Assembly (NCBI RefSeq): GCF_018977255.1
Contig: NW_024704742.1
Location: forward strand, 20,214,001 to 20,278,000
Length of the DNA stretch: 64,000 bases
DNA from: Callorhinchus milii
Taxonomy: Eukaryota
Direction: 5' to 3'
The notes beneath the pieces were generated by a model, which was given only the letters and a program-made list of their open reading frames with translations, was not told the origin of the DNA and made no database searches. Positions 12,686 through 26,139 of the stretch are shown one piece after another. The position numbers and the translations under genes were made by a program. Every line of letters begins with the position of its first letter. The stretch's first letter is position 1.

Positions 12686-12810
12686 AATAATAATAATAAT
12701 CCTTGCATTTGATATAGCACCTTATCATGTCTTCGAGATGTCTCAAAGCTGCTTCACAGAATACACTGTAAAGTGAATTGACTGTAAATTTTGTGGGAGA
12801 AACAAATGCA
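12686..12810 (-). mobile_element. 5'-truncated SINE tail (similar tails at ~285-395, 2264-2380, 21300-21410, 21610-21785, 21975-22125, 33836-33980, 57355-57509)
   Basis: (AAT)n-ccttgcatttgatatagc...cttcacagaata.actgtaaagtgaattgactgta is shared among the copies. Confidence 0.85.
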
Positions 12811-13326
12811 AACAAATGCAGTTGCAGTTTAGATGTGAAACTTGTGGGAGAAAACATTGACCAGAACTGGATGTGCTGGGACTGGCTTTTAAGGACACAT
12901 TTCTAGCTTCAATTTCTCTATTAGTCATCAACATCATCAGGGTTAATTAAACAACTTTCCTATTCTCAGGAATGCATACATTCATTCATTAATTATCTGC
13001 ACAAAATGTGTCATGCTCTGAAAATAAATTTAGCTCGATATGTTTCAGTGGCTTTTTGCAACCTGTCTCATGCAAAATTTTTTACTCCTTGCCAGTTGGC
13101 AGAGTTGGGAATCAACTCTATAAGGAAAAGAATAGAATGATAATCACTTCATGTTCTATTTCACTGAGTTCATTGTAAGAAAATTACTTTTAACTGATAA
13201 GTTAATTTCCTTCAGTTTCAGTGTCTTAGATGTTAGCCTTGAGTTTAGTCTTTATCTAAATTAATGGATAAATCAATTTATTGCTTGCTATATACCCAGA
13301 CACACAATGAATGCAATTTATGTTGA

Positions 13327-14020
13327 CAACAACAACAACTTGCACTTATACAGCGCCCTCCATGCAGGGTAGCGTCTTAGAAAGCTTAAACAGCAGTGGA
13401 TCCTGACTCCCAGCCGGTGGGGTGTGGGGGGGAGGTGGGGTGGGGGGGAGGCGACTGTAAGCTCAGTTGAAAAGGAAGGTTTTCAGGGGGGACTTGATAA
13501 AGGAGAGAGAGGGTTAAAGCGAAGGGATTGAGAGAGAGTGTTCCAGAGCTTCAGGACATAATGGCTGAAAGCACGACCTCCAATGGTGGAGCAGAGGGCA
13601 ACGAGGGATGAGCAGGCGGCTGGTGCCTGTCCAGTATAACAGCCGGGTGGTGGATTAGGGATTGAGGAGGTCGGAGAGTGAGGGAGGTGCCATGGAGTGA
13701 ATGGATTTGAACATGGGTGTGAGGATCTTCAAGTCGATCTGTTTGGTGATGGGGAGCCAGTGGAGCCTTGCCAGAACTGGTGAGATGTGGGTACAGAGTT
13801 TCGTCTGGGTCAGTATGCGGGCGGCAGAGTTCTGAATGAGCTGGATTTTTTAAATAGTGGAGCTGGGGAGACCTGCGAGGAGTGCATTTGAGTAATCTAG
13901 GCAGGAGGTAACAAACGCATGCACTAGGGTTTCGGCAGCATTCAGGGTAAGTTACGGTCGATGGCGGGCAAGAGGTGGAGGAAGATGGTCCTGGTCAGGG
14001 ACCAGAAGTAGGGGAGGAAG
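13327..14020 (-). mobile_element. L2 3' fragment (second lineage)
   Basis: (CAA)n tail at 13327 followed by the reverse complement of the L2 ORF2 C-terminus; similar to 39433-40078. Confidence 0.88.
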
Positions 14021-14159
14021 GAAGGAGGGAGGAGAAACCATTTGCCGAGTTAATATAGTTAATAGTTAATGTAAGTCATTACAAAAATGTTTTGTACCAC
14101 TTTCATGTGATGTACTCGTGATACATCCGAAAATGAATATGAATAGAACTTGTCACTGT

Positions 14160-14372
14160 GATCTGGAACTTCCTGCCTCAATCTCTCTGCCTCGTCGTCT
14201 ATTTATCTATCTTTAAATTCCAACTAAGCCCTACTTCTTCGACAGTGTCTCGTGTCACCTTCCCCAGCTTCCTACCCCTTGCTCAGCATCCAACCCCATC
14301 ACTGTGCAACTCTCCGACACCTTATCTTGTGTGAAGGGCACTATATAAATGTAAGGTATTTCTATTGTTGCT
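14160..14372 (+). mobile_element. Short degenerate L2 3' end
   Basis: tctggaact...gtgaagggcactatataaatgtaag tail. Confidence 0.7.
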
Positions 14373-17057
14373 GTTAACTTATTGTATGACAACAGAGACT
14401 AAAAATCTATGATAAGGTTGAAATCAAGTGTGCAAAAAAATGAAAGACAGTTAAATTGAATTAATTGTTTTCAAAGGATTGTCGGGATGGATAGCTAGCA
14501 TTCTGAAACGTTTCCTGAGTTATTTGGAGCTTCTTGCCTCTTAGAGTTTACTCCTCCTCGTGCTCTAAAACTTCAGAAAGTCCCTTTAGCTAAAGAACGG
14601 TATGACATTGTTACATTCCCACTCAACCCTCACAATGAGAAGATTCTTCCAGTCCAGCAGCCCCTGGAAGCTGTGAGCACATTTAGTATGCCTGATGTGT
14701 GCTGTTTCCAAAGTGCAGCCTATCAGCATCCATACGAAATTTGATAATGCTTCTCACTTCTGTAAAAGGTCACTCCCGATTGCTTGGGAGTGACAATGAT
14801 TTATAGGGTTGTCTGATTGCACCCTTCCAAATGTTAGTGCTGAAGCTGGAGCACTGCAGGATGGATGCTCACCTGTTACATGTAGATTGATCACAGATCC
14901 ACAGCTCAAACAGTCGGTCTAGAGGTCACGGTTCGTAGTAAAGAAAATGAATGACTTCCAATGAGTACAGTTCATCATCTGAAATATTCCTCAACTAACA
15001 AAAAATGCACGTTTGGAATATTACTGAATATTACTGATATCAGATATGCACACTGTCACTGAGTCTGCTTTCACCCTTTATCCTTGCTCAAATAAGACCA
15101 ATACTATACTGTGGCAGGTGGGCAGGCAAGCAGTCAGGTTGTTAAATCATTTGTGTTTTTTTTCCGTGTAAGTGTTCTGCTCCAAAACATTCTGGTTAAA
15201 CATTAGGTCATTGCTCTTTGTGTTTGAATGGCAGTGCAGGTTTACCCTGAATTTCTCCTGAAATTATGCAGTATTTATTACAGATTACATAAATTCAACC
15301 TAGAAACAATGGAGAAGGAATCTGCCACTGTATTTACAGATATAACTGAATAGCAAGACAGGTACGTGCTGTTTCCTGAGAAGAGCAAGCAGTTAATAAT
15401 AATAACAATAATAATAACAAGAATAATAATCCTTGCCTTGCCCCGCCTTTCCCCTCCCCCCAAATCCAACGCAGCTCAAGTGCAAACCTTCTACTCTCCA
15501 GCACTTTTGGATGTCCTCCCGACATGAAGGACATTATATGAATGTTGTTGTATTAAATAACACCTGTCATGTCAGGAGCATGTCTCAAAGTAGAATTTAC
15601 TGTAAAGTGTAGTGACTGTGCATTTGTAGGCGAATGTGGCAGCCAATTTACACACATCAACATCCCATAAACATCATAAGTGAAAGACCAATCACCAATT
15701 TTAGTTTACAAGCCATTTGGATCACTTGTAAATGCATTTTTGTTTCACTTTCCCTCTAAAAATATCCTTGAACTCCAATAAATGATAGAACTATTTGTGT
15801 TGTTGATAGCTCTTAGACCAAACCATAGTGAAGTGCCACATTCTCAGGATTTGGAGTCTGTATTTACAGGTAATGTGGAGCCAGCAAATACCTAAAAGTA
15901 AAAAGTTACAAGTTTTCTGCGTGATGCATATACTTTCTATAGCTTTGTACAATACTTGTCGGAAAGGGATGTTTAACAGCAGCTGATAGTTCTACTGGGC
16001 TTCTAGCAATAAATATGCAAAGCTATTTAAATCTTGTTGCACAGAACATTGTTAATCCATTGCTGTCTTGCACTAGCTGACATCCTGTTGCTGTCAATAT
16101 AGTTGAGTGGTAACAGACAGTAATAGCAAATAGGAGTTGCACATTATCCTGTGATCTGACAATTATCAGCTGTCTTAGGAACCCAAACTGTCAGGAAACA
16201 GATTGCTAAGAGAAATAGGCAGCAACTGAAATGAATTAATAATAATCTAATCTTACAAAACCTGATATTTATCATCATGAACTGTGCAGTAACTGAACTA
16301 ATTTCCTCCACCAGAAAGTGATGGCTAGAAAATTTGCTGAATAATTAATCATGTACAAAATTGTTAATACACTGTACCGTGGCTGAGGTTTCACAAGTTC
16401 AGCCTCGTCGTCAGGACGCTTTCCCCTAGTGTAAAATTTGATGGCCTGATGACCAATTTAAATAAATCGTGTTGTCACTGATAAAATAGGAAAGACAATT
16501 TTCCATAAATTGATGGTTCATTTCTCAGATGGGCTCTGGTGAATCAACATTTTAGTTTGCTTCTGGTGCATCAATATAGACACATGCAACTTCACAATCA
16601 CAACTAAGCTGTGAATCAATATGACAATAACACTAACAACAATAACTTGCATTTATATTTGTCACCTTGTGTTTCCTTCTAGAATTCTTGTGTATCTGTC
16701 TCACAGAGCAACGTGAGTGCAATTTATTTTGGCACCCACTCTTGTTAATTAAAACGCGATGAGATTGAAATCTCATCTTAATGTCACATGCACAAACCAA
16801 ACGTAGCCTTTGCCCTCAGTATAAATGAATCTATCAAGTTACCAATCTAAAGATATCTCTAGTAAGGCCTGGCCATGACGTCTTCATGCCTGGTGCTGGA
16901 TGTAGTTGCTGAAGAACACTGCATTACACCTTAACATCAGTGGGGAATGACTGACAAGCACTGGGAGAGATGTCAGGTGTATATTGTAGAGCAGATGGAT
17001 GGTGAGGATTCTTCTTGGAGTAGACCCACTGGACATTTGGGTATTTTTCTCTCTTTC

Positions 17058-17310
17058 AACAACAATATCTTGTATTCATATAATGCCCTTCACACAGGGT
17101 AGTATCTTATAGAGTTTATCAGTGGGGGAGCCAGAGATAGGTGAGAGGTCACTGTAGGCTTGGTCGAAGAGGGTCTTCAGGTGTGATTTAAAGATGGGGA
17201 GAGGAGAGGGTGGCAATATGAAGGATTGAGGAAGAGAGTTCCATAGCTTTGGGGCGCAGTAGCTGAAACCATAGTCACCAATGGTGGAGCAGAGGGGACA
17301 AGGGATGTTT
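17058..17310 (-). mobile_element. L2 3' fragment
   Basis: caacaacaatatcttgtattcatataatgccc tail followed by L2 3' sequence in reverse complement. Confidence 0.75.
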
Positions 17311-19554
17311 GAAAGAAAATTGAAAGAAGTTTCCTCTGAAACTGTTCATAACCAGCTGTGATGTTTTACACATTGATGTGAATAAGATCAATGATCATAA
17401 ATAATGATACTCCATAAAGTGAATAATTGAATTTGAACTGTTGGATGCCTCCATTATTAATCTCCAAATTAATAACTACATGTTAAAAGTTGCTGTATGT
17501 TTGCCTTTACAAAAGGAGACACAAGTTTGATAAGTTTTTTCATTGTTGCAAAATTAGCTTATCTTCCTTTAGTTTCTTGAAGTAATTGAATCAATTTCAG
17601 GAAATGCTAGAGTTAATTAATGTAGCTAATTAAAGTAGAACACATACAGCCTTAGGCTATTGATTCTAGTGATGTTCCTATTTATCTATTATTCACTGTC
17701 TGTGTGAAAATGATTCATTTTTTGCCGAAGGACATATTTCTTAAATGAAAACACCAATCTTCAAATGACTATTAAGAGCTAACTCAAGTTCAGAACAGGT
17801 CCGCCCTAGAATGTTCATTCTCAGAAGTCTAAGAAACAGTGGCTTAGGCTTAACGTACATCACGTTTGCTACATCTTAATTTTAAGATCAATTGCTTTAA
17901 ATCATAGAATGACATTAATGCTCTGGGATGCCAACCTCTGAGAGGGGCGCTATATATATATATCTAGGTAAGTTGTTGTTGTTGACATGATCACTGCAAG
18001 AATATTACTGAAATTGTAATAATCCTTGCATTGGATATAGCACCTTTCAGGTCGGGAGGACATCTCAAAGTTTTTCATAGGATTTACTAGTGACTCTGGA
18101 TTTTGCAGGGAATGTGGCAGCCAATTGGCACAGAGCAATGTTCCATAAACAGTCATGAAGTGAATGACCAATTTTATTTGGGGGGATTGTTGGTCAGGAC
18201 ACTGGGAGAAACTCCCTTCTCTTTTTGTACATTCATATTAGATCCTTTGATTGCAAGCGTAACTGCAATGGGTACAACTAATCTATATATATATATAGAG
18301 TGAGAAAGATTTTACTTCATCCATAATGGCCCATTTGCTACTTGAGGGATAAGATCAACGGTGACCTCAATTACATTCCGTCCTTCAGATGAGAAGTTAA
18401 ACCAAGGTTCTGCCTATTTAATTGTTAAAGGTCCCATGGCACCATTCAAAAAGAGAAGGAAGTTTCTCCCAATGTCCTGGTCAACAATCCCTCCAAAATT
18501 AAAAAATGGTCACTCACGCCATGGCTGTTTGTGATGTGATAAGATGATTCAAATGCAAGGATAATTATTATTATTATTATTTATACCAGCAGGAATTAAT
18601 ATCCAAAATGGGAGTTTTACCGCAAACAATGGGTCCAATTGCATTTTGACTTATTTTTTGGAAAACATCATATTGGCAAGAATAAATTATTCTTGGGATT
18701 TGTTGTAAAAATTGAGCCCCAAGTGAATGTGGGTCTGATATCCACTTGTGCAGTTTAAACTCAGTTTACTAGCAGGAGATATATATGTCTGTCCAGTTCT
18801 GTCGTAAACTCTGTTATTTTAACATATTTGGATGGTCCCCAGAAAACAGTAATATTCGTTAGCTGCAGGTAAGATTCATTCATTTTCCTCCATACAAGAC
18901 TGACGTTGAACACAATATAAATTGTTTTTAATTAAGATATACACACAGACTGGTTGGGCAGAATGGCTTGTTTTTGTGCTGTACAACTTATGTGCATCTA
19001 CGTAAATCTATGTAAAAAATGCTCTTAAATGCTAACAAGGTTAAAACTTGTTCTGAAGAAAACAACATTTTGGAAGTTCAGAATCGTCAGAATACTCTGT
19101 TAAACTCAAGCTTTTCCTGTTCTTGTTCCTATTCCTGTAAGTTTGTAATGACATCTCAAGAAGTCACGGTGAGTGAAGCAGAAGCTGGTAAAGCTTTCTC
19201 TATAACCATATGTCACTAATTGATTTGCTAAAGTAGTTCCTTATTATAGATTTCAATATTAAATTTGAACTAACCCTGTGGCTGTGTGGCATTGCCATCA
19301 GATGTAATTTGATTCTTCTTATCCTCCCAATCAGACTAGATCTTAACTGATTTAATGAAGTCTGATGGGATCAGTACTTTACTGACCTGAGGCGAGCCAA
19401 TAGCCTTTACATCTGTCTATATTAGTGCATGTTTAAGTAGCTTGTAATTGGGTCTATGCTGCCCGATATTTTTTTCATACAATTTGATTCATCTTTGATT
19501 CATCTAATCATACTCAATTACATTTTAATTTGTCCACTGTTCTCAGAACAGGTC

Positions 19555-20310
19555 AGTCTGGAACCTTGGCATCTTGTTTGACCCTCAACTATCCGTTCTA
19601 CCCCACATCTGTGCCATGACCCACTCTGCCTTCCCCACCTCCGCAACATCGCCCGGCTCCGTCACTGTCTCTCACCAAAGCCCACCAAAACCCTCATACA
19701 TGCTTTCATTACACTGAGTCTTAACTATGCAAATTCATTGCTTGTCAGCCTCCCCAACTCCTCCCTCCATAGGCTGCAGATCATCCAGAACTCTGCAGCC
19801 CATGCCCTCTCCCACACCATGTTCCGTAACACTATCACCCCCATCCTCGCCCAACTCTGCTGGCTTCTCATCACACAGAGGGTACAGTTCAAGATCCTGG
19901 TCTTCATCTTCAAAGCCCTCCATGGTCTTGCTCCCCCTACTTCTGTGATCTCCTAAACCCCTACCATCTTGCTCTCTCCCTCTGCTCAGCGGGCTCCGAC
20001 CTGCTTCATGTCCCCAACTCGCTCGCCCCACTATTGACGGGCGGCCCTTTTGCCACTCTGCCCCCTCCTTCTGGAACTCCATCCCGCAGTCCCTCCGCTT
20101 CACTTCCTCCCTTGCCTCCTTCAAGACCCATCTCAAGACCCTCCTCTTCAACTGTGCTTTCAATCTCCTTCCTTTCCCTCTTGCCCTCCACCCTCCCCGA
20201 CACCAACCCCCAGCTCGGGTTCAAAACTCTGTCTGTCCAGTGCCTTGGGATGTCCTTCTGACGTGAAAGGCGCTATACAAATGTAATTTTGTTGTTGTTG
20301 CTTTTGTTGT
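19555..20310 (+). mobile_element. L2 3' fragment
   Basis: LHRLQIIQNSAA...RVQFKILVFIFKALHGLAP; tail agtgccttgggatgtccttctgacgtgaaaggcgct plus (TTG)n. Confidence 0.9.
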
Positions 20311-20881
20311 ACTTGAGTCAGTGTATTGACAAAGCTCTTAGGACTATTGATAAAACTGTACACAAGCTCGATGCAGAAAAATAACAGCAGATGTATTGTG
20401 GCTTCCATACGCTTGATATTGCTTTACAGGTGAAAGCAAGCATTTACCTTTACCAATTTTTTTTATAGCATCTTGATTAGTAACTCAGTTGTGAATGTAA
20501 CTGAATTATAGATAAGATTTATATAGTTAGAACTGAACTGTAGTATAAGCTACAGTCATGAGTGATACCAGGGTCATGGCTGATGGGAGCTGTGCAGACA
20601 ATGTGACGCCATGCCTTTTCAATCCTAAACTTCAATAATGAAATCAATTTACTAGTCCCATTCAGGGTTTACAGTGAATGAGAATGGTCCATTTTGCTGT
20701 TCCAGTTCTGACTTTCTTCCTACGCCATAGTTCTATTTTGAAATCTTGAGATTTCTTTCACTGCTGATGTTAATTTCAGAATCATACATTGACTATTCCT
20801 TGCCCTTTGACCATTATTTAGGCTCTGCATTTGTTGGCATCAAGTAAATGGATGTGGAGATGCAGGATGTAGTTTTGTTTT

Positions 20882-21245
20882 GGTCAGTCGAATGTCTGAC
20901 CCTTTCGAAAACCCATCGCAATACTTGAAAGAACCCAAACTAGACTGAGAGATCATGGAAATTCCTATATCTGGAATTGAAAATGTACTCTTTTTCCTGA
21001 GGCACATGTCCTGTGTACCTAATTCTGGAGAGTATTATGCATAGCTTGGCAAGAGCCAAGGCTTGGTGACCACAGAGCGTGCATTGGGGCAATGCTGGAG
21101 TTTAACCATCTAAAACTGCACAGCTTGCCATTGATAGCATTGTCTAGCAAGTTTCCTTCTGGTCCCCTACTAGGATCAATCTACCCATCAGAGCTTTGGC
21201 TTGGAGGGTTAACAGGAGGTGAAGAAAAGAATCCTTGTCCTCAAT
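20882..21245. repeat. Unclassified interspersed repeat, copy 2
   Basis: ggtcagtcgaatgtctgac..tacctaattctggagagtatta..aagagccaaggcttgg..gctttggcttggagggttaacaggag. Confidence 0.8.
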
Positions 21246-22282
21246 GATGTAGTTTTATATCTACATCTACTGATTGGGGGCAATTACCCAATGGGGGTAG
21301 TTTCGCCCACAAATATAGTCAGTCCACTTTACAATATATTCTGTGAAGCACTATGAGACGTCAAGAAAATGTGAAAAGCACTATATCAAATGCAAGGATT
21401 ATTATTATTACTGAGCCTATTGGCATGGTGGCTTCTGTGAAGGGTGTCTATAATTGCTCATCTTAGAGAGCTACTGCAATGATTTTACTCTAGAACTGGA
21501 AAGATTCCCTTTTAAGTATCTGTGCTGTCCCCTTCCCAGTATGCTACAATGGATTGCTTTTGATTTATTTGTTATTTCCTGAATACTTTCTGAGCTGGAG
21601 TCTATTGCAAAATTGGTCACTGACTCCATGTCTGTTCATGAGACATTGCTGTGTGCAAATGGGCTGGTGCATTCACCTACAAAAATACAGTCATTACAAT
21701 TTACTGTAGATCCTTTGAAGTGCTTTGAAACATCCTCCCAATGTGAAAGGCACTATATCCAAATGTTACAATTGTTATTATTATTTCCTATGGCTCTGGT
21801 GGGATGCTTGCCAAGATCTGTACAAGTCCTGTAATATGTTTATTGTGGGAATTGTTCTGTTCTTCCACGAATAAACTCTTGAGCAATTCTTCTGCCTACG
21901 GTTGAGGGCAGAAGAGATTAAGACTTTGGATTTCCATTTTGGTTCTGCCTTCATTATCCAGAATGGGCATAATGATAATAATAATTATAATAATCCTTGC
22001 ATTTGATATAATGCCTTTCATGTCGGGAAGACACCTTAAAGTGCTTCACGGGATGTACTGAATAGTGTAGTGACTGTGTATTTCTAGGCAAACACAGCAG
22101 TCCATTTGCACACAGCAATGTCCCTAATAGGGAGAAAGCCATGAACTTTTATCATAATGCAAAACAATTATTCTATCATGTAACTCTATGTTAAATGGAT
22201 GAAAGTAATAATTTTCATTGCAGTTTCCAAAATACATGTTAATTTATTTTATATTTATATAATCTTGTATGATTCTGCCTTG

Positions 22283-22575
22283 TGGAGTCCTGTAGCTCAG
22301 TGGTTAGAGCACTTGCCTTGCAAGCGAGACACCTGGGTTCAATTCCAGGCAGGGCAAAACCTTAGGCAAGTTTCCTTACTCCACACACTAATAATAATCC
22401 CTCCAAGAAACAAAAACAATAATAAAATTGGTCATTTTCAATCCACGACTGTTTGTGGGACACTGCTGTGCGCGTTTCGCCCACAAATATACAGTTAATT
22501 CACTTTGCAGTATATTCTACAAGATATGAAAAGTGCTATATCAAATGCAAGGATTATTATTATTATCATTATTAT
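22283..22575 (+). mobile_element. tRNA-derived SINE, short variant
   Basis: tggagtcctgtagctcagtggttagagc..gggttcaattcc head; same body and (ATT)n tail. Confidence 0.92.
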
Positions 22576-24349
22576 AAACACAGCATTATTTTAAATGAAA
22601 GTATCATAAAGCATGAAATATAACTTTAACCAAAAAATACGTTTAATAAATAAATTAAATGGCAATGTTGCTGATAATTTCTATTTTGGTCTGGCCATTA
22701 CTTTGCTGTATTGTGTGGCTGAGCACTAGATCAAGCACTCTTGACTGAAAACTAGATCAGCTTCACATTTATCCATTTACAGTATTCAATGGAGAGAAAG
22801 CTGATTCTCTGCTAAACTGTAAATTTACTGACCATAGTGCTGTGAGATTACAATTGGAAATCCCATTACAAGCTCAGTAAATTTATTGACCAGGGAGAAT
22901 CTAAGATGTTTGTCCACCAAGAATGGTAAATTTATCAGTAGGTAAAATCTCTTTAGACCTTTCTGAGGGGATGAATTTCTAAAGCACTTGTGGGATTTTT
23001 CACGTACATCGGGTACTGAAAGAGACAATTAGAAACCTCCTTTAGAGTAACAGTTTCCAGCAAAAGAGTGCAATTGAATTAAATACCAATGTATACCTTC
23101 AACACAACTTATCCCTTTTGCTCAGAAACACTTCCCCTTATTGATTTCAAATTATGCATATTCCTGGATGAAATTAATACCTACTGACATGATCTGGAAG
23201 CTGCTAGGTTTTCACTTCTCAGTGTTGTTGCAGCTTTATGAAACAAACCATGTGCAACTCGCACTTGTTTTTCCTTCTCTGGGGCAAAGTTTAGATTTAC
23301 AAGAGAGACGCCTGTGGACCAGAATAATAGAAGGCATAAAGAGGTCCAGACACTTGAAAATAAACAATTGCTTCATTCTTTCACCGAGAGTTCTTCCACA
23401 TTACTGAAGGTATTAAAGATTCACAAAAACACAATAGGGCCAAAGGTATTAAAAAAGCAAAAAGGCAGCAAAAAGACCTTGCAGCAAATTGTAATACCAA
23501 ATGCATCAGCAATACAATCTACTTTCAGCCTCTTCTGTGCTGTTTGCACAATAAGTGTTTACTTAGAATGAATGTAGATGGAAGTTTGAGAACGTAAGGG
23601 ATAATTAAATGCACTCTCTGTGCTTCGAATGAGAATGAAGGACTCTGAATTTGGTTATTTGTATGCCAGATGTGCCAGCATTGGGAAATAAGATTGAAAA
23701 CCGATAATTGAAGTTTCAGTGTATCTTCTTCCCAATGGGAAGAACTGCCTGGCCCATGACAATTATGAAACAGTTTGGATGAGGGAGACGACCAATAGTG
23801 TTTCCTCAATATCAATGGGCTTGTGGAGAGGAATACAGATTTGCTGAATACTGGATGAAATGCTAGCTTTCTGTACTCAGAATTCATGGCTTATCGCCAG
23901 CTAAGCAAACTGCTCCAATAGCTTTATGATGAAGATCGAAAGCTTGCCTGGAGTTTTGAATTAAGGAAACTGGCTTTGTCAGGTCATGCTGGAATAAAAT
24001 CATGTTAGCGCCCATTAGGGCATGCACTTGGGGGAAAAAATCCCAATTTATTTTGCTCTGAAAACAACGTAGTTTGTGATAGTCATTAATCATCAATCAC
24101 AACCTGCAAGAATAAGATGATGTAAAGGGATTTTGAGATGTATATCATTTCATTAGCTAATGCATGCTCTCCTTCGGAGAATCACACAGATTAATTATGA
24201 AGATATCTTTCCAGTTAAGTTCCTTTAACTTTGGAACGTACAACATGTTCTCCCAATAGTGAAGCTCTCATTAACTGAGGATGTTTTACCGAGGGCAAAT
24301 CTTCATTGCTAGTGGCAATATTTTCAGTCAGATCCTTATCAATGTGCAT

Positions 24350-24870
24350 CTGCAATTTACACTTATATAAGATTTACATCAGGAGAATGTCTCAAATCAC
24401 TTCAAAAAGAGCATGTGGGTGCCTGAGCTGGGAGGGAGCTGCGGTGGGTGGAGGGATGGGGGGGTGGAGGGTGGCTGGGGGTGGAGGGTACCTGGGGTGG
24501 AGGTTGGGAGACTAGGGTAGGGGGAGGTGACTGAATGCATAGTTAAGGATTTTGGAAAAGAGTTCCAAAGGATGGGGGGCAAAGTCTCACCCACTGATGG
24601 TGGGGCAGAATGAGCAGGGGGCATGAAGCAGACCAGAGATGGCAGAGCGAAGGGATGACTGTGGGATCGAGCTATGTAGGACATTACACAAGTACAGTGG
24701 GACAAGGCCGTAGAGGCATTTAAAGATACTGACAATGAACTTTAAATCAATCCACAGAGGGTTTTGGGAGCCAATGGAGCTGAATAAAAATGGAGTTCAT
24801 GGATTCTCAAAGGCTTATGCAGATGAGAACATGGATTATTGAGTTCTGGATGGACTGGAGTTTACATGTT
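24350..24870 (-). mobile_element. Degenerate L2 3' fragment
   Basis: L2 tail at ~24355-24400, G-rich 3' UTR, then reverse-complement ORF2 motifs (gggagccaatggagc, gagttctgga). Confidence 0.7.
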
Positions 24871-24899
24871 AAAGATAAGAGTAACATCTGTCTTGAATT

Positions 24900-26138
24900 G
24901 GAAAATTGCAAATGTCACTATTATTTAAGAAGGGAGAAACCTGGGAACTACAGTCCTGTCAGATTACTGGAATCACTCATCAGGGACACAGTGACTGAGC
25001 ACTTGGACAAGTATGAGCTAATCAAAGAGAATCAACATGGATTTGTGAATAGTAGGTCATGTCTGACGAATCTAATTGAATTTTTTGAGGAGGTAACTAA
25101 CATGGTGAATAAGAGAGTGTCTATGGATATCATATATCACATCAGTTCTAGTCAGGCTCCACTGGCTCCCTATCACTCAATGGATAAATTTCAAGATCCT
25201 CAGATGAGTTTTCAAATCGAGTGCCCTGGCACCTCTATACCTCTCCGACCAGCTTAATCCCCCAACCCACAACCCGTTGCCTCTGCTCGACTGGCTCCAG
25301 TCTTCTGCATGTCCCTCATGCCTCTGTTCTACCATTGATGGCTGCACCTTCAGCCACTATGTCCCGAAAGTCTGGAACACTCTTCCTCTCTTCCTTCATG
25401 CCTACAGTCACCTCCACCTGGCTTGGTGTCGTCCTCCACCACTGTGACGTGCTCTGGGATGCTACCGTGTGTGAGGAGTATGATATAAATGCAAGTTATT
25501 GTTGTTGTCTACATGAACTTTTAGAAGGCATTTGGCAAGGTTCCGCGCAAGAGGTTATTAGGAAAAATAAAAGGTGCATGGAATTGGAGGTAACCTTGCG
25601 AAGTGACTTTGAAATTGTTTGGGAGGCAGGAAACAGAGATTAGGGATCAAAGGAATCTTCTCTATTGGCGGAAAGTGATAAGCGGTGTTCCCCAGGGGTC
25701 TGTACTGGGGTCTCAGCTCTTCACCATATATATATAAATGACTTGGATGAACTAATAGAGAGTTTTATATCAAAATTTGCAGATGACACAAAGTTAGGAG
25801 GCACTGTAAATTGTGTCGATGGGAACAAATAATTAACGAAGGGACTTAGACAAATTAAATGAGTAGGTGAAACTGTGACAGATGGAATTCAATGTAGGGA
25901 TGTATGAGGTCATCCACTATGGATCCAAAAATAGCAAAACAAAATATTTTCTAAATGGGGAGGAACTGAAAACTGTGGAAGAGTAAATAGATTTGGGTGT
26001 CCACGTACACAAATCACTAAAAACAAGCTTACAGGCACAAAAAGTTACCAAAAAGCCTAATGGAATGTTAGCCTTTATCTCAAGGGGCTGTAATATAAGG
26101 AAGAGGAAATAATGCTTCAATTGTATGGAGCCTTGGTA
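24900..26138 (+). mobile_element. CR1-clade LINE RT fragment interrupted by an L2 3' end
   Basis: [37 protein letters not shown] and KFADDTKLGG motifs; continuity broken at 25140-25508. Confidence 0.9.
25140..25508 (+). mobile_element. L2 3' fragment nested in CR1 RT
   Basis: ctccactggctccc...ttcagccactatgtccc...tataaatgcaagttattgttgttg; the CR1 resumes with ctacatgaacttttagaaggcattt (YMxFxKAF). Confidence 0.85.
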
Positions 26139-26139
26139 A

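Noticed and set aside
14769..14794. 9-bp perfect hairpin gtcactccc/gggagtgac (and a 10-bp one at 942-973)
   Set aside because: Isolated stems of this size are not clearly above chance in 64 kb and have no supporting context.
16381..16460. CTGATGA with nearby stems, possible hammerhead ribozyme
   Set aside because: I could not build stem II closing onto GAAA or a stem III with a cleavage triplet; other CTGATGA hits failed the same way.
21276..21308. Possible second fold-back junction at a truncated SINE 5' end
   Set aside because: The stem is short and imperfect and could be chance.
24425..24530. G-quadruplex-like G-rich tract (also 4490-4510 and 13419-13450)
   Set aside because: Reverse complement of the C-rich L2 3' UTR; explained by the repeat.
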